This document shows, piece after piece, positions 1-11,990 of a DNA stretch of 64,000 bases. Position 1 is the first letter of the stretch; every line of letters begins with the position of its first letter. The notes beneath the pieces were generated by a model. It saw nothing but the letters and a program-made list of their open reading frames with translations. It ran no database searches and was not told the DNA's origin. This DNA is from Neodothiora populina (Eukaryota), in contig NW_027191409.1 in NCBI RefSeq assembly GCF_041146345.1, positions 1,736,001-1,800,000 of the forward strand. Direction: 5' to 3'. Position numbers and translations under genes: made by a program.

Positions 1-122
1 CTGGGTCATAGTATAGCCACTGACGATTTTAGCAAGCGGACAAGGAAGCTCAAAAGTAAGATTGATCTGTATGCCAAAAACTGTTCTCCAGGGGAATAAA
101 ACCATTGATTCTTCCAAGCCAC

Positions 123-885
123 TCATCTCCGACCTCTGAACATTTCGGCGTTTAGATCAGTGTTCTGATAGCCCATAAAGGTGACTGCATCTCCGTTCAC
201 TGTGACTCCACTGACGTCCAATTGGAAATCAAGATTCCGCAATTCCCCGGCGGCATTCGTGATCCCCATTATCGCATACGCGGACTCGCTGATTTTGACG
301 TCGTCAATCTTCACACCTGTGCGCTTGGATTGAGACTGCTTGTAAACCGACTCGCAAGCGGACTTGTGATGCCGCCAGGCCCTCTGCTCATCACATACGA
401 AGTCGATTATGTTCCGAGTACCTCTCCTATCTGCACGACTTCTGACATTTGCTTTCAGTTTTTGAAGTTGTTCCTCAACCTTTTGTGACTCATCAATTTT
501 CACTTCCGCATTTTTGATCAGCTGCAGCATACTCTTCTCTTGTTCTTGCAAGACAGTACTGACATCGTCAGTAACTCGGCCCTGATGGGGCTGGACATGG
601 CTGTAGAAGGCATTAGCTGAGTATCAAATCGTAAAATATGGGCGAAGGAACGAACAGAAGAGACGTGTTGTTAGCGATGTCTAGCGTCAGTTTGCAAGCA
701 CCCAGCTGACCATTGGAAGAGCCGATCGCGTGCGTCTCGAAGGCCATGTGAATGCGGTCTTCGAGACTTCTCTGCGAAGCCCTAGAGACCTTAGACCAGC
801 TTTCCAAGAAAGACTGCAAGGCCTCACAACAATCACCGCAGGCGTTGACCGTTTCTGCTAGTCTCATATCTGACATGGCAGTATC
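123..885 (-). pseudogene. 5'-truncated HeLo-like (fungal N-terminal domain) protein with C-terminal two-repeat HET-s-like motif
   Basis: Segment MRLAETVNACGDCCEALQSFLESWSKVSRASQRSLEDRIHMAFETHAIGSSNGQLGACKLTLDIANNTSL resembles the C-terminal half of Helo_like_N. A 55-nt intron (655..601, GTTCGT...GCTAAT...TACAG) joins it in frame to ORF 123..551. The upstream part is replaced by antisense ankyrin sequence. Confidence 0.6.
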
Positions 886-1345
886 CGGAGGTTGGTATGG
901 TGGGGATCCGTTTTCATATGTAGGGGAATCTGATGATGATGCAGCAGCGATAGTCAAATTGCTGTTGGACACTAGGAAGGTCAATATGGACTCGAAAGAT
1001 GACTCCGGCCGGACACCGCTATCGTTCGCAGCAGGACTTTGGTATGGCGCAGGCGCAGCAAGAGTCAAAATCCTGTTAGACACTAATCAGGTCGACATTG
1101 ATTCCAAGGATGCGTCAGGCCGGACACCGTTATGGTACGCAATAGAGGAAGGATTAATCTTGTCAACAGATTCGACAGTCGTTCGTATGCTACTCCACAC
1201 CGGCAAAGTCGACGTGGAGGCTATGGATCACATAGGCCAAACACCACTGGGGAATGCAGAGCAGCAGGGCATGGTGGAGATTGTCAAGTTGATGCACGGG
1301 TATATGGAAGCATCAGGTCATTCTTGCGAGATCTGTCCAGAGTGA
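885..1345 (+). pseudogene. Ankyrin-repeat C-terminal fragment, probably of an NLR-type (NACHT-ANK) gene
   Basis: Tandem ankyrin units IVKLLLDTRKVNMDSKDDSGRTPLSFAA / VKILLDTNQVDIDSKDASGRTPLWYA / VVRMLLHTGKVDVEAMDHIGQTPL. No upstream NOD domain; the left boundary is approximate. Confidence 0.75.
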
Positions 1346-2232
1346 AGGCCAGTCCTTCCCAAGATAGTCATAGGATACGTCAGATTGAATTCCAGTAAGC
1401 AAGCATTTGCCATGGTCAAGTCCAGTAATCAAGCATTAGACGTCTTAGACTTGTTGTGCGTGTGAGGCATGCCCTCTCGCAGGACGCCGGAACACTCGAC
1501 GAGGTTGACAAGCTAAAATACAAGTGGGTTTCGGGGCATGCTATGGAGCCATTCTTGGTATTACCTTGAAGAGTTGGGGGCACTCAATGGTTGAATTGAG
1601 CGACAGCTCAGAAAGGACAAATTGAGAGATTTGCTAGTCAATAGCAGAGGCGGAGAGTTGTCAATAGTGTACCTTAAGGTAAGGTACAGGTAGGTATTAA
1701 CAACAACAAGTTGTGAAACGTCAAAGTGAGAAGCTTGGCGGTGGGATGGCGAGGCTCGAGCTCCAGTTTGAGATTGGCTGGAGATGTTCTTGTGGTGGAA
1801 GAGACGAAATGTGAGATTAAAGTTGGTGGAATTGCGGAGTAGAAGGCGCAGGTGCATTCATTTCCAGCAGTTTGAGAGTTTGGGGCAACTGGCGGGAAGG
1901 AGGTGGAGCGTGCAGCGCAACGTCAGAGACGGGAATTTGTGGCAGCAGCAAGTAACAATAGCAGTGACGGCAGAGATTCACTTGGTTGATAACAATAATT
2001 ATCAGACATAGTTGCTTCACTTGCTGCCACGTGGATGAAGACATTGAATCCTCAATAGACAAATAGTGACATGATATGACGCTCGACTCGGACTTTTACA
2101 AGATGTGTGCGTGACACGCCGACACCCGCATAGCCTCACTCTGTTGGCTCACTTCAGACTTGAGTTTTACCCTAACAGCGTGACCTCGCTCATCTCTGGT
2201 ATAACCGTTGTTGTAGCTCCATCGAGGTCATA

Positions 2233-5200
2233 TATGGAGCACACAGAGATGCAGTCAACTCCTCACTCATCAGGCCGTACGTCAACAGCACCGGCACCTG
2301 CGTCTGCACAAGCACAAGCACCAGCACCAGCGACTCCACTTCCACCCGCACAAGGCATCAACCCCGTCACTTGTGCATCTGCCTCTCCTCCATTATCAAC
2401 AATGTCTTCCAAACTACTACGGCAGCTGCACATCGACGCCAACCCTTCACTGTTGGGTCCGGGAGCGAGCACAGGCTTGAGTCCCCGCCGAAAGCGTAAG
2501 CGTCTGAGCTCGCCAGTCGACCTCACCAAGCAAGAGCACGTCAAGATGGACAGCAAGAAATTAAGATTAGACAAATTTGGAATTAGCAATACAGCAGAAA
2601 CGAAGGGAAGCAGTGAGTTGGACGAAGGTGCAAGCCACAGTGTAAAAGGTGAAAGTGAGGTGGTCAATGACGTGGCTGAAGTGACACCAACTGCTCTGCC
2701 CCCACTACAAGACTTTTGCCCATCATTGGCCGAACAAAACCACGATCGAAAGGAGACACGGGACAAACAAGATCCAAACATGCAGAGCGAGGGTCAGCAG
2801 GTTGATGGGTCTGCCTTGTTGTCTTCTTCTGTTTCTTCTTCTCCATCCTCACATGACATTCCCTCTGCTGCCAAGGAAATGTCCTCCTCACTTAATCCTG
2901 CACCTGCACCTGCACCTACACCTACACCTGCACTTGCACCTGCCTTTTCCAAAAAGAGAAGCATCACAGATTACTTCGCCTCCAAACCACCACAATCTTC
3001 ATCTGCTGTTCAAGCTAAAAAGCAGAGGTTGTCTACGAAATCTTCTCTGATCGAAGACATTTCTACGCCCTCACCGAATTTGACTTCGGTTTCGACTCCC
3101 CCGACTTCACAACCCAATCACGACTCCTTATCACCTCCGAAACAGACCGAGCCTCCTGCATTTGGCACTCCATCTACGATGACAAAGACTGATCCCACAA
3201 AGGACCATCACATCATCAATACCGACGAGGACATGGACATTGACATGGATGATGTTGACATGAACACGGGCGATGATCCAAGCTCCCCACCCCCCGTCGG
3301 CAATCATCCTCAATGGTCAGACTCACTTCGCACTTTGATCTATCCCAAGGACGAGTCTCGACCCCTTCGTGTCTCCGGGCTGACCATGCTCAAAAATTGG
3401 AGTCGTTATCGCTTTCCAAGTCAGCGGGTTGCCAGACGCTTCATCGCCAACGACATGCGTCCTCTATCTGCGGCTGCTGTTGCCGCCGAAGATTACGACG
3501 ACGATGAAGATGTAATCGACGTCAAACCCCTCGTCTCTGCTTCGTCATCCCGTTCGTCGACTGCCTCTGCACTTTCCAATCCTGCATCAAACAAGTCGCA
3601 TGGAGCCCCAGCAAGCCAGAGGCGCCAGCGAGGTATGCTTACTCCGGCCACTATCATTAAGAACTGGGACCGCTACAACTTCACTTCGGCCAAACACGCC
3701 AGGTCTGTTATGAAAGCTCTGTCCAGAGACATGGTCACCGGCCGTGTATCTTCACTGTCGCTGCTAGATCCGTTACCCCACGACACCGTCATGGTCGATG
3801 CCGACGACGATCAGGATGTCGGTCGAGTCGACGAAGATGACGACAACCAGGATGATGAGGATGACGACAGCGTCGACCATGATACGGCTGACGACTCGGA
3901 AGACGGCACCAACGCAGACCTGCCAGGCAGCGCCAAGACTCCGATCAAACCTGACTCGCTTGATGAGAAGCCCAAAAGCCGCATCCCCTCTCGTCACAAT
4001 CGAGCATCGATGATAAGTGAAAGCTCTTCGAGTAGATCAAACACCCTTCAGACTGCCAAGAAGGAGATCAAGCATCGTAAGAAAGGTCACGTCCGACCAG
4101 AGACTATCGTCAAAAACTGGCAACGTTACAAGTTCACCTCCCAGGCTGCAGCCAAGCGCATTGCCTCGAGCATGGCTCCCGATACCGAGATCGCCCTTGA
4201 TCAGGTTTACAGTGCTATAGGTGGACCCGACAGCCCAGTGGACAATCAGGTCACCGTGGCCCACAATAATGCCACCCCCGACAGCAGCCCCGTATCCACT
4301 AAAAAGACAGCCAAAGCCGATCGACGTGAAGCTACAGCTAAACCAAAGCCTAGCCGTAGCAATGCTAAAGCTTCAACGGTTGCGAGAGCCTCTCCCAATC
4401 GTCACTTGGAGCACGAAAAGCTAATCAAACAAATCATGGACCCTAAGAAAGGGACCGGAACAAAAGGTCTCACTGTCAAGACCTTGATTTCCAACTGGCA
4501 CCGCTATAGCTTTACTTCCATCGACGAAGCTCGGGATCTGCTCATCTCCCACGGTCTTCTCTTCAAAGACTCGCGTCGCCGCCGCTCAACTAATGTTGTC
4601 GATCCTTCTTTTGGTCAGAATGCTGATGTCAAGCCTGCCAAAAACAAAACGTCGGTTATTCAGCTCAGAGCAAAGCCACATGAATTGCGTAATCTACAGA
4701 TAGATGCAAATCCTATCACTTTCGTCCCAGGTAATGCTAGACACACTCGTGAGTCTCGCGGTGCGCAAGACCACACCGGCTCCGTCACACCTGATGTATC
4801 TTCTCCAGCGCAGAGTCGCGAGTTGCGCAAGTTACAGATCGACGCAAACCCGACTCTGCTTGGTTCATCGTCCGCAGCTGATGCTCGCCTCACGGCCTCT
4901 AACCGCCGTAGCTCGACTAAAACTCACGAGGGTTCTAAGCACCTTCTTCTGCCTATCAACAGTGCACCAAAGCTTACCTTAACGCCACCCCAGCAGAAGC
5001 GTATGAGTGGCAGGGCTTTGCATCACTCCTTACCGGCATCCACTGCCGCCAAGCCCCACGCCAAAGTGCACGCTGCTGAGCAGGTGAAGACGAAGCACAA
5101 GGACAAGGGCAAAGCTATCGCTTCAGTCACCGCCGATCATCCGGCAAGCTTTGTTGTTGACGAGATCACTGTATCCAGAAGCTGTAATGCTGTCGACGAA

Positions 5201-5716
5201 AAGTGGCTAAATCCCTTTATGGATTACATGACCGATATTGTTGGTGACATAGTCGCCGAGAGCGACTCTGGTAGCGAAGATGGCGTCGTCCGTTCTGTAC
5301 CTGCTGAGAAAGAAACTGATCATCTGGGTGGTGTCATGGGTCAAAATGTTTCTCCTGCCCCTACCGGCACGGCAGATGCTCTCTGCGACAGCGACGTGAA
5401 CTTGCGGGGCAAGAGTCTGCAGGCTGACAGTGCCAAGGACTTGGACATTGAAATGAGCGAAGTCCAGGACGAGAACAGCGCTGGCTTTCATGACAAGGCC
5501 CACGCCGAAATCGTCAAGAGTCCAAATGGTGACAGGAGCAAAAACTTTGCCGCCGATGAAGTCAAGGGAAAGATCGTCGACACAGATGTAAGAAAGTTCA
5601 AGGAAATCGAAGTCATGAAAAGCTGGCCTCTGGCGGCTGCTCCTGTCTCTACTCTGTCTGATACCGCCTCGCCAAACAATGCGGCCATTGACAATGATGA
5701 GACTGGTATTGACTGA
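2233..5716 (+). CDS. Large low-complexity hypothetical protein (~1160 aa) with two types of internal repeat and basic NLS-like stretches
   Basis: Uninterrupted 3.5-kb ORF, first ATG at 2233. S/P/D-rich, with PRRKRKR and four NWxRYxF(T/P)S plus three LRxLxIDANP motifs. Confidence 0.8.
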
Positions 5717-6478
5717 AGCTGAGTCTTTCTGTCCGCGGGAAAATTGTAATAAACATCATCAACCAGGTGTCTTCTTCAACACAACTTTCTCTAGTAGACC
5801 TTCTGTCCTTGATAACAGAAGTAGCACAGTGTAGTATATTATATCCAACATCACGACCGAGTCATCGACAGAGGGCATACATTAGGCATGTCACGAAGAC
5901 GTCGATTGAGAGTGTCGTGTTCTATACAAATGAGAAGTGAAAGAATCTGATTAACGAGTTGCTTCCTTTTTTGCTTCGCGTGACTGTGAGTATTTGTACT
6001 GGATAGTAGGTAGTCATCATATATCACTGTAAGATTGCAAACGGCCTGTGATGACGATGGAGTCCTTAACCACTTGGCTAGTCCACCATACCCGCCATCC
6101 GTTCCTTGTCAACGCCTCAGTCCATATCCCTTCCTCCCATGAAACCTATTCCATCAAAGGTGGCTCGTACTCCGGGGTTATCAATTCACTCCTCTAATTA
6201 AGTGTTTGGTAAATTTATAACAGAGCCAGCATCGATATCTCAATACTCCCATCCTATCACAGCAGAGTGCGAGGAAGCGAGGTACAATCTAAGCCGGTGT
6301 ATATACGTCTATACAGTAGTCGACGCAGCCACTCGCCAGACACTCTGTTTCAACACTTCCGCATCCCTGTATGAACATTGCAAATTAGAAAGATAAGAGG
6401 AATTGCGCAGCAAAAATGCAGATGAGTGGATTGGAAAGTGAATGGGTGGCGAAGGGAGGGGGATAGAAGGCAAAAGAT

Positions 6479-6564
6479 TGATTCCGCCCGGGTTCGAACC
6501 GGGGACCGCCTGTGCACAGATTGAACTGTTAGACAGAAGTGATAACCAACTACACCACAGAACC
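6479..6564 (-). tRNA. tRNA-Val(AAC) with 12-nt intron
   Basis: Reverse complement GGTTCTGTGGTGTAGTTGGTTATCACT-TCTGT-CT-AAC-A-[gttcaatctgtg]-C-ACAGG-CGGTC-CCCGG-TTCGAAC-CCGGG-CGGAATCA shows A box, B box and paired stems, followed by a TTTT Pol III terminator. Confidence 0.93.
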
Positions 6565-7374
6565 GACTTAATGTGGATTTCGTGCTAGAGTCAAAAGATA
6601 TTCAGGATAACCACAATCCTCACAGTAGCTGCGCCTCGAGGAGGTAAAGTATTTGTCTCGTGGTGTGGTCCAGTATGACAACCTTACTCGAGGCACCAGA
6701 TGTGTTAGTGGTCGTCGAAGCTCAGTGTTATGCTACTTAGATCTGAACACGAAGACTGGACACATCTGTTGTGTAACCAGCATACAGGTCGAAGAAAATT
6801 CATGTCCATAATAGGCAAGAAGTGGACCAACGCCTGCTTACGTAACCTGAGTTGTATCCAAAGGTGAATCCAGAGGTGTATCCAGCTGCGCGACTTCACA
6901 AGTGGTCCTGCGGCCACGAACACCTCTCCATCCTCGACCATTGACCTGTATTCCCATATTTTCGACTGTATTTCCAAGGTAGGATTTACTTAGACCATAA
7001 ACCGATTTGTCCGATATCATATTTGCAATAAAACAAAGCATATCGTCGTTGCAAAGATCGAAATGTAGGCATATCCAAAAGTTGAACACAACTCATCTTC
7101 TCAGCTTCGCATACCCCACTTGCCCGAAACAGCAATTGTGCACGCTTGCGAAAAGTTGAGAAGTCGAAGGTGTTCACACCGCCAAAACATCTTTCGATGT
7201 CACTTCTCAACTTCCATATCTCGTCTACGACCCCTCATTCTCTTGATAGATACGCGCGACGTGCAGAGAAAGCTGCGTTCGCAACCAGCCACTCTGTCAT
7301 TTTTAACCAATAACTCACCGACGAATTGTTCATTCTACCATACTCTTGTCTGCTCTTGTATATAAGGATCTACA

Positions 7375-8579
7375 ATGCCGCCAAAACGGGCCCGCAGGCC
7401 TTCGCAGTACGCGCTGACGGCAGCTTCTGCGCGGCGCAATGGCACTGTTATGGTTTTCGATGATCCGCCGCCTGCCGCTGCTGTTGCTTCTTCTTTTTCT
7501 TCTTCTTCTGCTGCTGCTGCTACTTCTATCGTGCCACCGATGGTGCCGTCTTCAGTAGTCCCCACGCGGCTGCCTGTGGTGGCGGCGCCACCTCCAAAAC
7601 AGCGCGGTCGTAACATTCAGCAGTATAGCCACAAAAATCGCAAGGACATGAAAGCTAAAGAAGCCATGCTACTGCCTCAAGCCAGTGGCCGTGACTCACC
7701 AGATATTCGTACAGTCTCTGAAGTGGAAACGTTGAATTCTGGAATCGCAGAATGGGTCAAGCTTGTGGAGAAACCAGATCTGGGGGGGGGGCTTCGACGA
7801 TCCTGTTCGTTGCGTACCGCGAAACACTGTCAAAGTCCGTTTCAACAACATCCAAACTACCCTGCGCAGGAACGTGCTTCGACAAACTTGTTTCTTTAGC
7901 AGCTCGTGACGGGCTACGCCAGCGGATGCTGGCAAAGGGCGTATTCTATCGCACAAACGTCTCAAAGGCAGCAAAAAGACCCACCCCGTCCGCCCCGTGG
8001 CTGCCGCTGCAGGCTCATGATAAAATGACTCCTCGTATGCTTGCGAGACGGATGGCTAAGATGCGGGCACTCTGCCGTCAGCCAGACCTTCAGAACCCTC
8101 AGAGACCGCCAATGTATGAACATCGGGCCCGGCTCGGTCGTAAGCGCAAACCAGGCGAGATCACCTCGTCTTCTGAAAGTGATGAACTCAGTACCGGAAC
8201 ACATGAAAGTGCTCCGGTCACAGTTGACAGGTTACCTTCGGATGCACTCATCCCTCAATGTCCATCTCAAAGGAGGCTTCGAGCGGTGCGACGTTCGCGC
8301 TCCAGCAGTATCGACTGTCTAGAACAACAATTATTCGAATTTCATCAGAACGAACGGAGAAATAGGGCGCTAGAGCGTGAACATCGGCGTAAGGCCCAAG
8401 AGCGGAGGACAGTATTGAAAATGCTCCTGGTAGAAAGTATGTTGCGTCTACAAGAGATTAGACGTGCACCTTTGTGGGATTCTCAGTGCACTCAGGAATT
8501 ATCTTTGTCCTTTCAATCCATTCAAAAACGTCTTAATCGCTTAGCCGCGGTCGAACCTTTCCTCGGAACCCTGGATTGA
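7375..8579 (+). CDS. Hypothetical basic protein interrupted by a frameshift at a G10 run
   Basis: ORF 7375..7899 (MPPKRARR..., TATA-like TATATAA just upstream) overlaps ORF 7752..8579 across G10 at 7782-7791. Arg-rich, predicted coiled-coil C-terminus; no recognised family. Confidence 0.5.
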
Positions 8580-8639
8580 TTAGGATGCCGCTCAATATAT
8601 AGTTGCCATATCTATGAAGAACTCCAGATGTGAGATTCA

Positions 8640-10671
8640 GGTCTCTATCTGAAGAGATCTTCTTTTCCCCCAGACATTCATAACGGCAGAAAATGATTTG
8701 TGAAGAAACACGGTGCAAGTGTAGTCAGACTTTGGAAAGCTGTAGCACGGAATGGTTGCAAGTGGCGTGTACATGGATTGCCATCTTTCCTATATTCGGA
8801 AGAAAAAGAAGAAGGAATTGCAGCATTCATGCAAGGACATTCATGAGTTGTGCCTGAGTACGATATAGTCCGAGGAGACTATAGCCAGCTTCGATCAAGA
8901 CAGTACTGTCGGGTCGTCAATCAAGTCGAAGAGTCGATGTTGTACGAGCATTCATTAAACTTCCATGAAAACACAGCAGTCAAACCCCCTACGTTCAATC
9001 AGCCCTCCCACTCATGGCTTCAGAAGTGTTGCTTGGACGCAAGACGCCCTAAACCATCATACGAAGACCCTCGTGCCACAAGATCATGCTTAGTCCATCG
9101 ACAACTCATATAGAGTAACGTCTGTTGCTTTGCAGGAGTCGCTTGTGGTATCTGTTGTCCACCTCGTGTGGTTGCCATCTGGTACCATTCTCAAACGACA
9201 TCCGCACAATCTTGAAATGGCAGACTGTGCTCTCCTCGGATGCTTGGGTTGTCAGTTCGTGATCAACCATAAATTTCGAGAGCACTGATTTTCCACAGCC
9301 AGGATCTGCAAAGATCCAAATAAGACAATCAGTGGTGTTGGCTCGCCAGTTCAAATATAGACTATGGGTCAAGACCCGTTGGCATGTGCCTTCGATGCGA
9401 TCATGGTGACGTCCCTGAATTCCATATAAGTGCTCGTTTTGACAGCTTGGTCGCATCGTCGGTATTGTTCACTCTGCTCTCTCATCTCTTGTTGTCGGCG
9501 GTATTGCCTCGTATCCTGGGCATGATCACTCAGCGTATCTGCTTCAGTCGAAGTCAGCGCCGAAACATGTTCTAGAGATGAGGACGGGAGTATAACTTTG
9601 TCGTAGTGTGGCACGTCATATTGCACCGGAACATAAGCACCTAGAGAAGCTTTGGTCGCCGGAACTTCGAACATAAGCGTAATGTTAGAGCGTTCACTAA
9701 CCTAGTAGTCTCTGGATAGGCTTCTCATGTCGTGTTTGATCGGCGGATATGCATGTCAGGAGCTCTTTAGCATATGCTGCTGCAGTTGTGGCTGCATATC
9801 TATGCCATATATCGTTTTTGTGCGAGTCGGCATAGTCACATATACCGCAAATCACTAAACACGGAAACGCATTCATTAGGCCTGCAGCTTCCCTCTCGAC
9901 GCATATCGCATTGTAATTAGAGTAAAGGCGTTTCCTTAGAGTGGGGTCTTTAACCACTGTGTTCCCCGATGCAATAGTGCCGTAATGAATGACGGGATCG
10001 TCTTGGTCACGTTGTTTTCGCTGCTTGATTCGACTCCTGTCGCATCGGCTGCAGTCCAAGCCAAGGCTGTGGTGATATGTCTCGTCGAACAAGACGTCAT
10101 GCCCAGCGCCCGGGTGGATGTAGCCCATTTTCCTCATCTTTGGGTGACGTTCCGTCGTCTCCGAAAGGAAGATTGGGATGTTACTATTTTCAATTTCATG
10201 CTGTGACCGAAGACGGTTGACAGCAGTCAGGAGCGCAGACGAAGGCATATTGAGTGTCCCCTTGATCTGAAAGCCATCGATATGTGCTTTGCCCTTATCG
10301 TATTGGATGACACCTGCTCTCATCCCCTCTGGCTGACTAACCACAACATCACCTAGTCGGATATCATCGATTCCATCCGGGATGCCACCTCCGATGCCGA
10401 CAAGAACAATGTATTTCAGAGCTGTGAACGTTCTGATCATATCTTTGACTACGACAGCTGCAGCATTGGTGCCATCAACCCCAGCGGGTAAGCAAGCCAT
10501 GACTACATTATGGTCTCTGATACCTCCCACAACATATTGGTTGTGGTCATGTAGATCAATGCCCTGAATCTGCTCATGTTTCTCGTCCAGCATAGCCCTC
10601 GAAGCTGCAAACTCAATATGGTGTGCGCAGATCCAACCTGTGTGGTAGTCCTGAGACGACAAAACCTTCAT
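8640..10671 (-). pseudogene. Decayed NLR-like gene: PNP_UDP_1 (nucleoside phosphorylase) domain followed by frameshifted NACHT
   Basis: YHTGWICA...LVGIGGG...DIRLGDVVVS...IHYGTIASGN...CDYADSHKN...YAATTAAAYAKELL in ORF 9697..10764. After a frameshift come EGTCQRVL...LIWIFADPGCGKSVLSK (P-loop ~9285-9305), and the sequence then degenerates. The left limit is approximate. Confidence 0.85.
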
Positions 10672-11269
10672 GATTCCATACAATATCTGAGGACTCGATA
10701 CAAACGAAGATATGGTCTGGCAAAGAGCGGTAATGGAGAGTGGTGTCGGAGACTTGCCGTTCAAAAGATATCAACCAACATCGCGCAAACTCGGATGTAC
10801 ACAAAACCTCCTTCATCGATATTAGATATCCACCTAAGATAAGGCATATGCGGCCTTAATCCTTCACTGGTTCCTTGACCAGTGAAGTCCTACTTGGAAG
10901 ATCTGGCAGCTCACAGCCAATACAACAAGTGGCATGATGGGTCGATAGTGACTGCGCCACCAGCAGCTACTTGGTAGCTTCGCCTACAATAAATGATTAT
11001 TGCATATTGACGCCCAATCCTGATTTAGCTTCACGATAACGCGACCACCTACGATATCGTGGTCGGCGTCTTGGAACAAAACTAACCCAGATCCGGAAGT
11101 AATATGCTGTACTTAAGCGCTGAAGATTATCAACATTAGTTTCAAAGGATCCGCCAAGCAAGGATGTAATAACGATGTTACGGATGTTGACACAAAAGAG
11201 ACATGGAACAGCTGACTCACACTCTTCCGGCTGTTCCATCGATTCAACTCGAGGTAGACAAATCTCTAG

Positions 11270-11990
11270 GAGGTTCGTGAACCATTCTTTGGTATATGCT
11301 GCGGCAGCGAATGCAGCATAAGATTGCCGTGACTCGTTCTTGTTCGAGTCGACGTAGTCTGCTATACCGCGAACGACAGGACAAGGAAAGTTATTTATGA
11401 TACCAGCAGCTTCATTCTCGAAACATAGATATTAAATTCTTTGCAGAGTCTTTCGCGTGAACGACCATCCTCCTGTACAGTATTGGCTGAAGCGATGAGA
11501 CCAAGGATGTACGCGGGATTCTGTATCACTCAGACTATTTCGAGAGATGAGTCTGCTTTGGTCGCAACTATTGCATGTGTCCTGGCCGGCAATGTGATCA
11601 TACGGCGGATCGAATAAGAGGTCCTGCCCATCCTCGGATGGTGCGCAACCAGCCATGCTCTATCTCGTTCAGCTTCGAGGTGATGACACACGAATGCGGG
11701 TGACTCAATATACGAAAAGCTCTAAGTGCTTGACCTCAACTCGTTCGACCAAATCGAGCCAGAGATCTGGTGGTCTGTTCAACGTTCCGGTCAAGACGAA
11801 TCCGTCCTCCACACTTGTAGGTACAGTCTTGCCCGAACTTGCTCCAGACCTCACCTCCTATGCCTACAAGTAGGGACACTCTCATTCTGCGAAAAGAGTA
11901 CTTCATCTGTTGGACAACGTTGGCTGCGGCTACACTACCGCTAGTCGGAAGGCTGGCTATAACTATATTATGAGCGCCGACGGCGCCGAA
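11270..11990 (-). pseudogene. Second, heavily decayed PNP_UDP_1 domain remnant
   Basis: Minus strand 11430-11275 reads LCFENEAAGIINNFPCPVVRGIADYVDSNKNESRQSYAAFAAAAYTKEW. Upstream fragments VSLLVGIGG and DLLFDPPYDHIAGQDTCNSCD lie in different frames. Confidence 0.8.

Noticed and set aside
1561..2062. Several short overlapping ORFs upstream of the large orphan gene
   Set aside because: No recognisable motifs or consistent splice structure.
6620..7360. Short minus-strand ORFs and a 12-bp GGTGWATCCARA-like triple repeat (~6850-6885) next to the tRNA, considered as a mobile-element remnant
   Set aside because: No transposase, RT or recombinase motif and no terminal repeats found.
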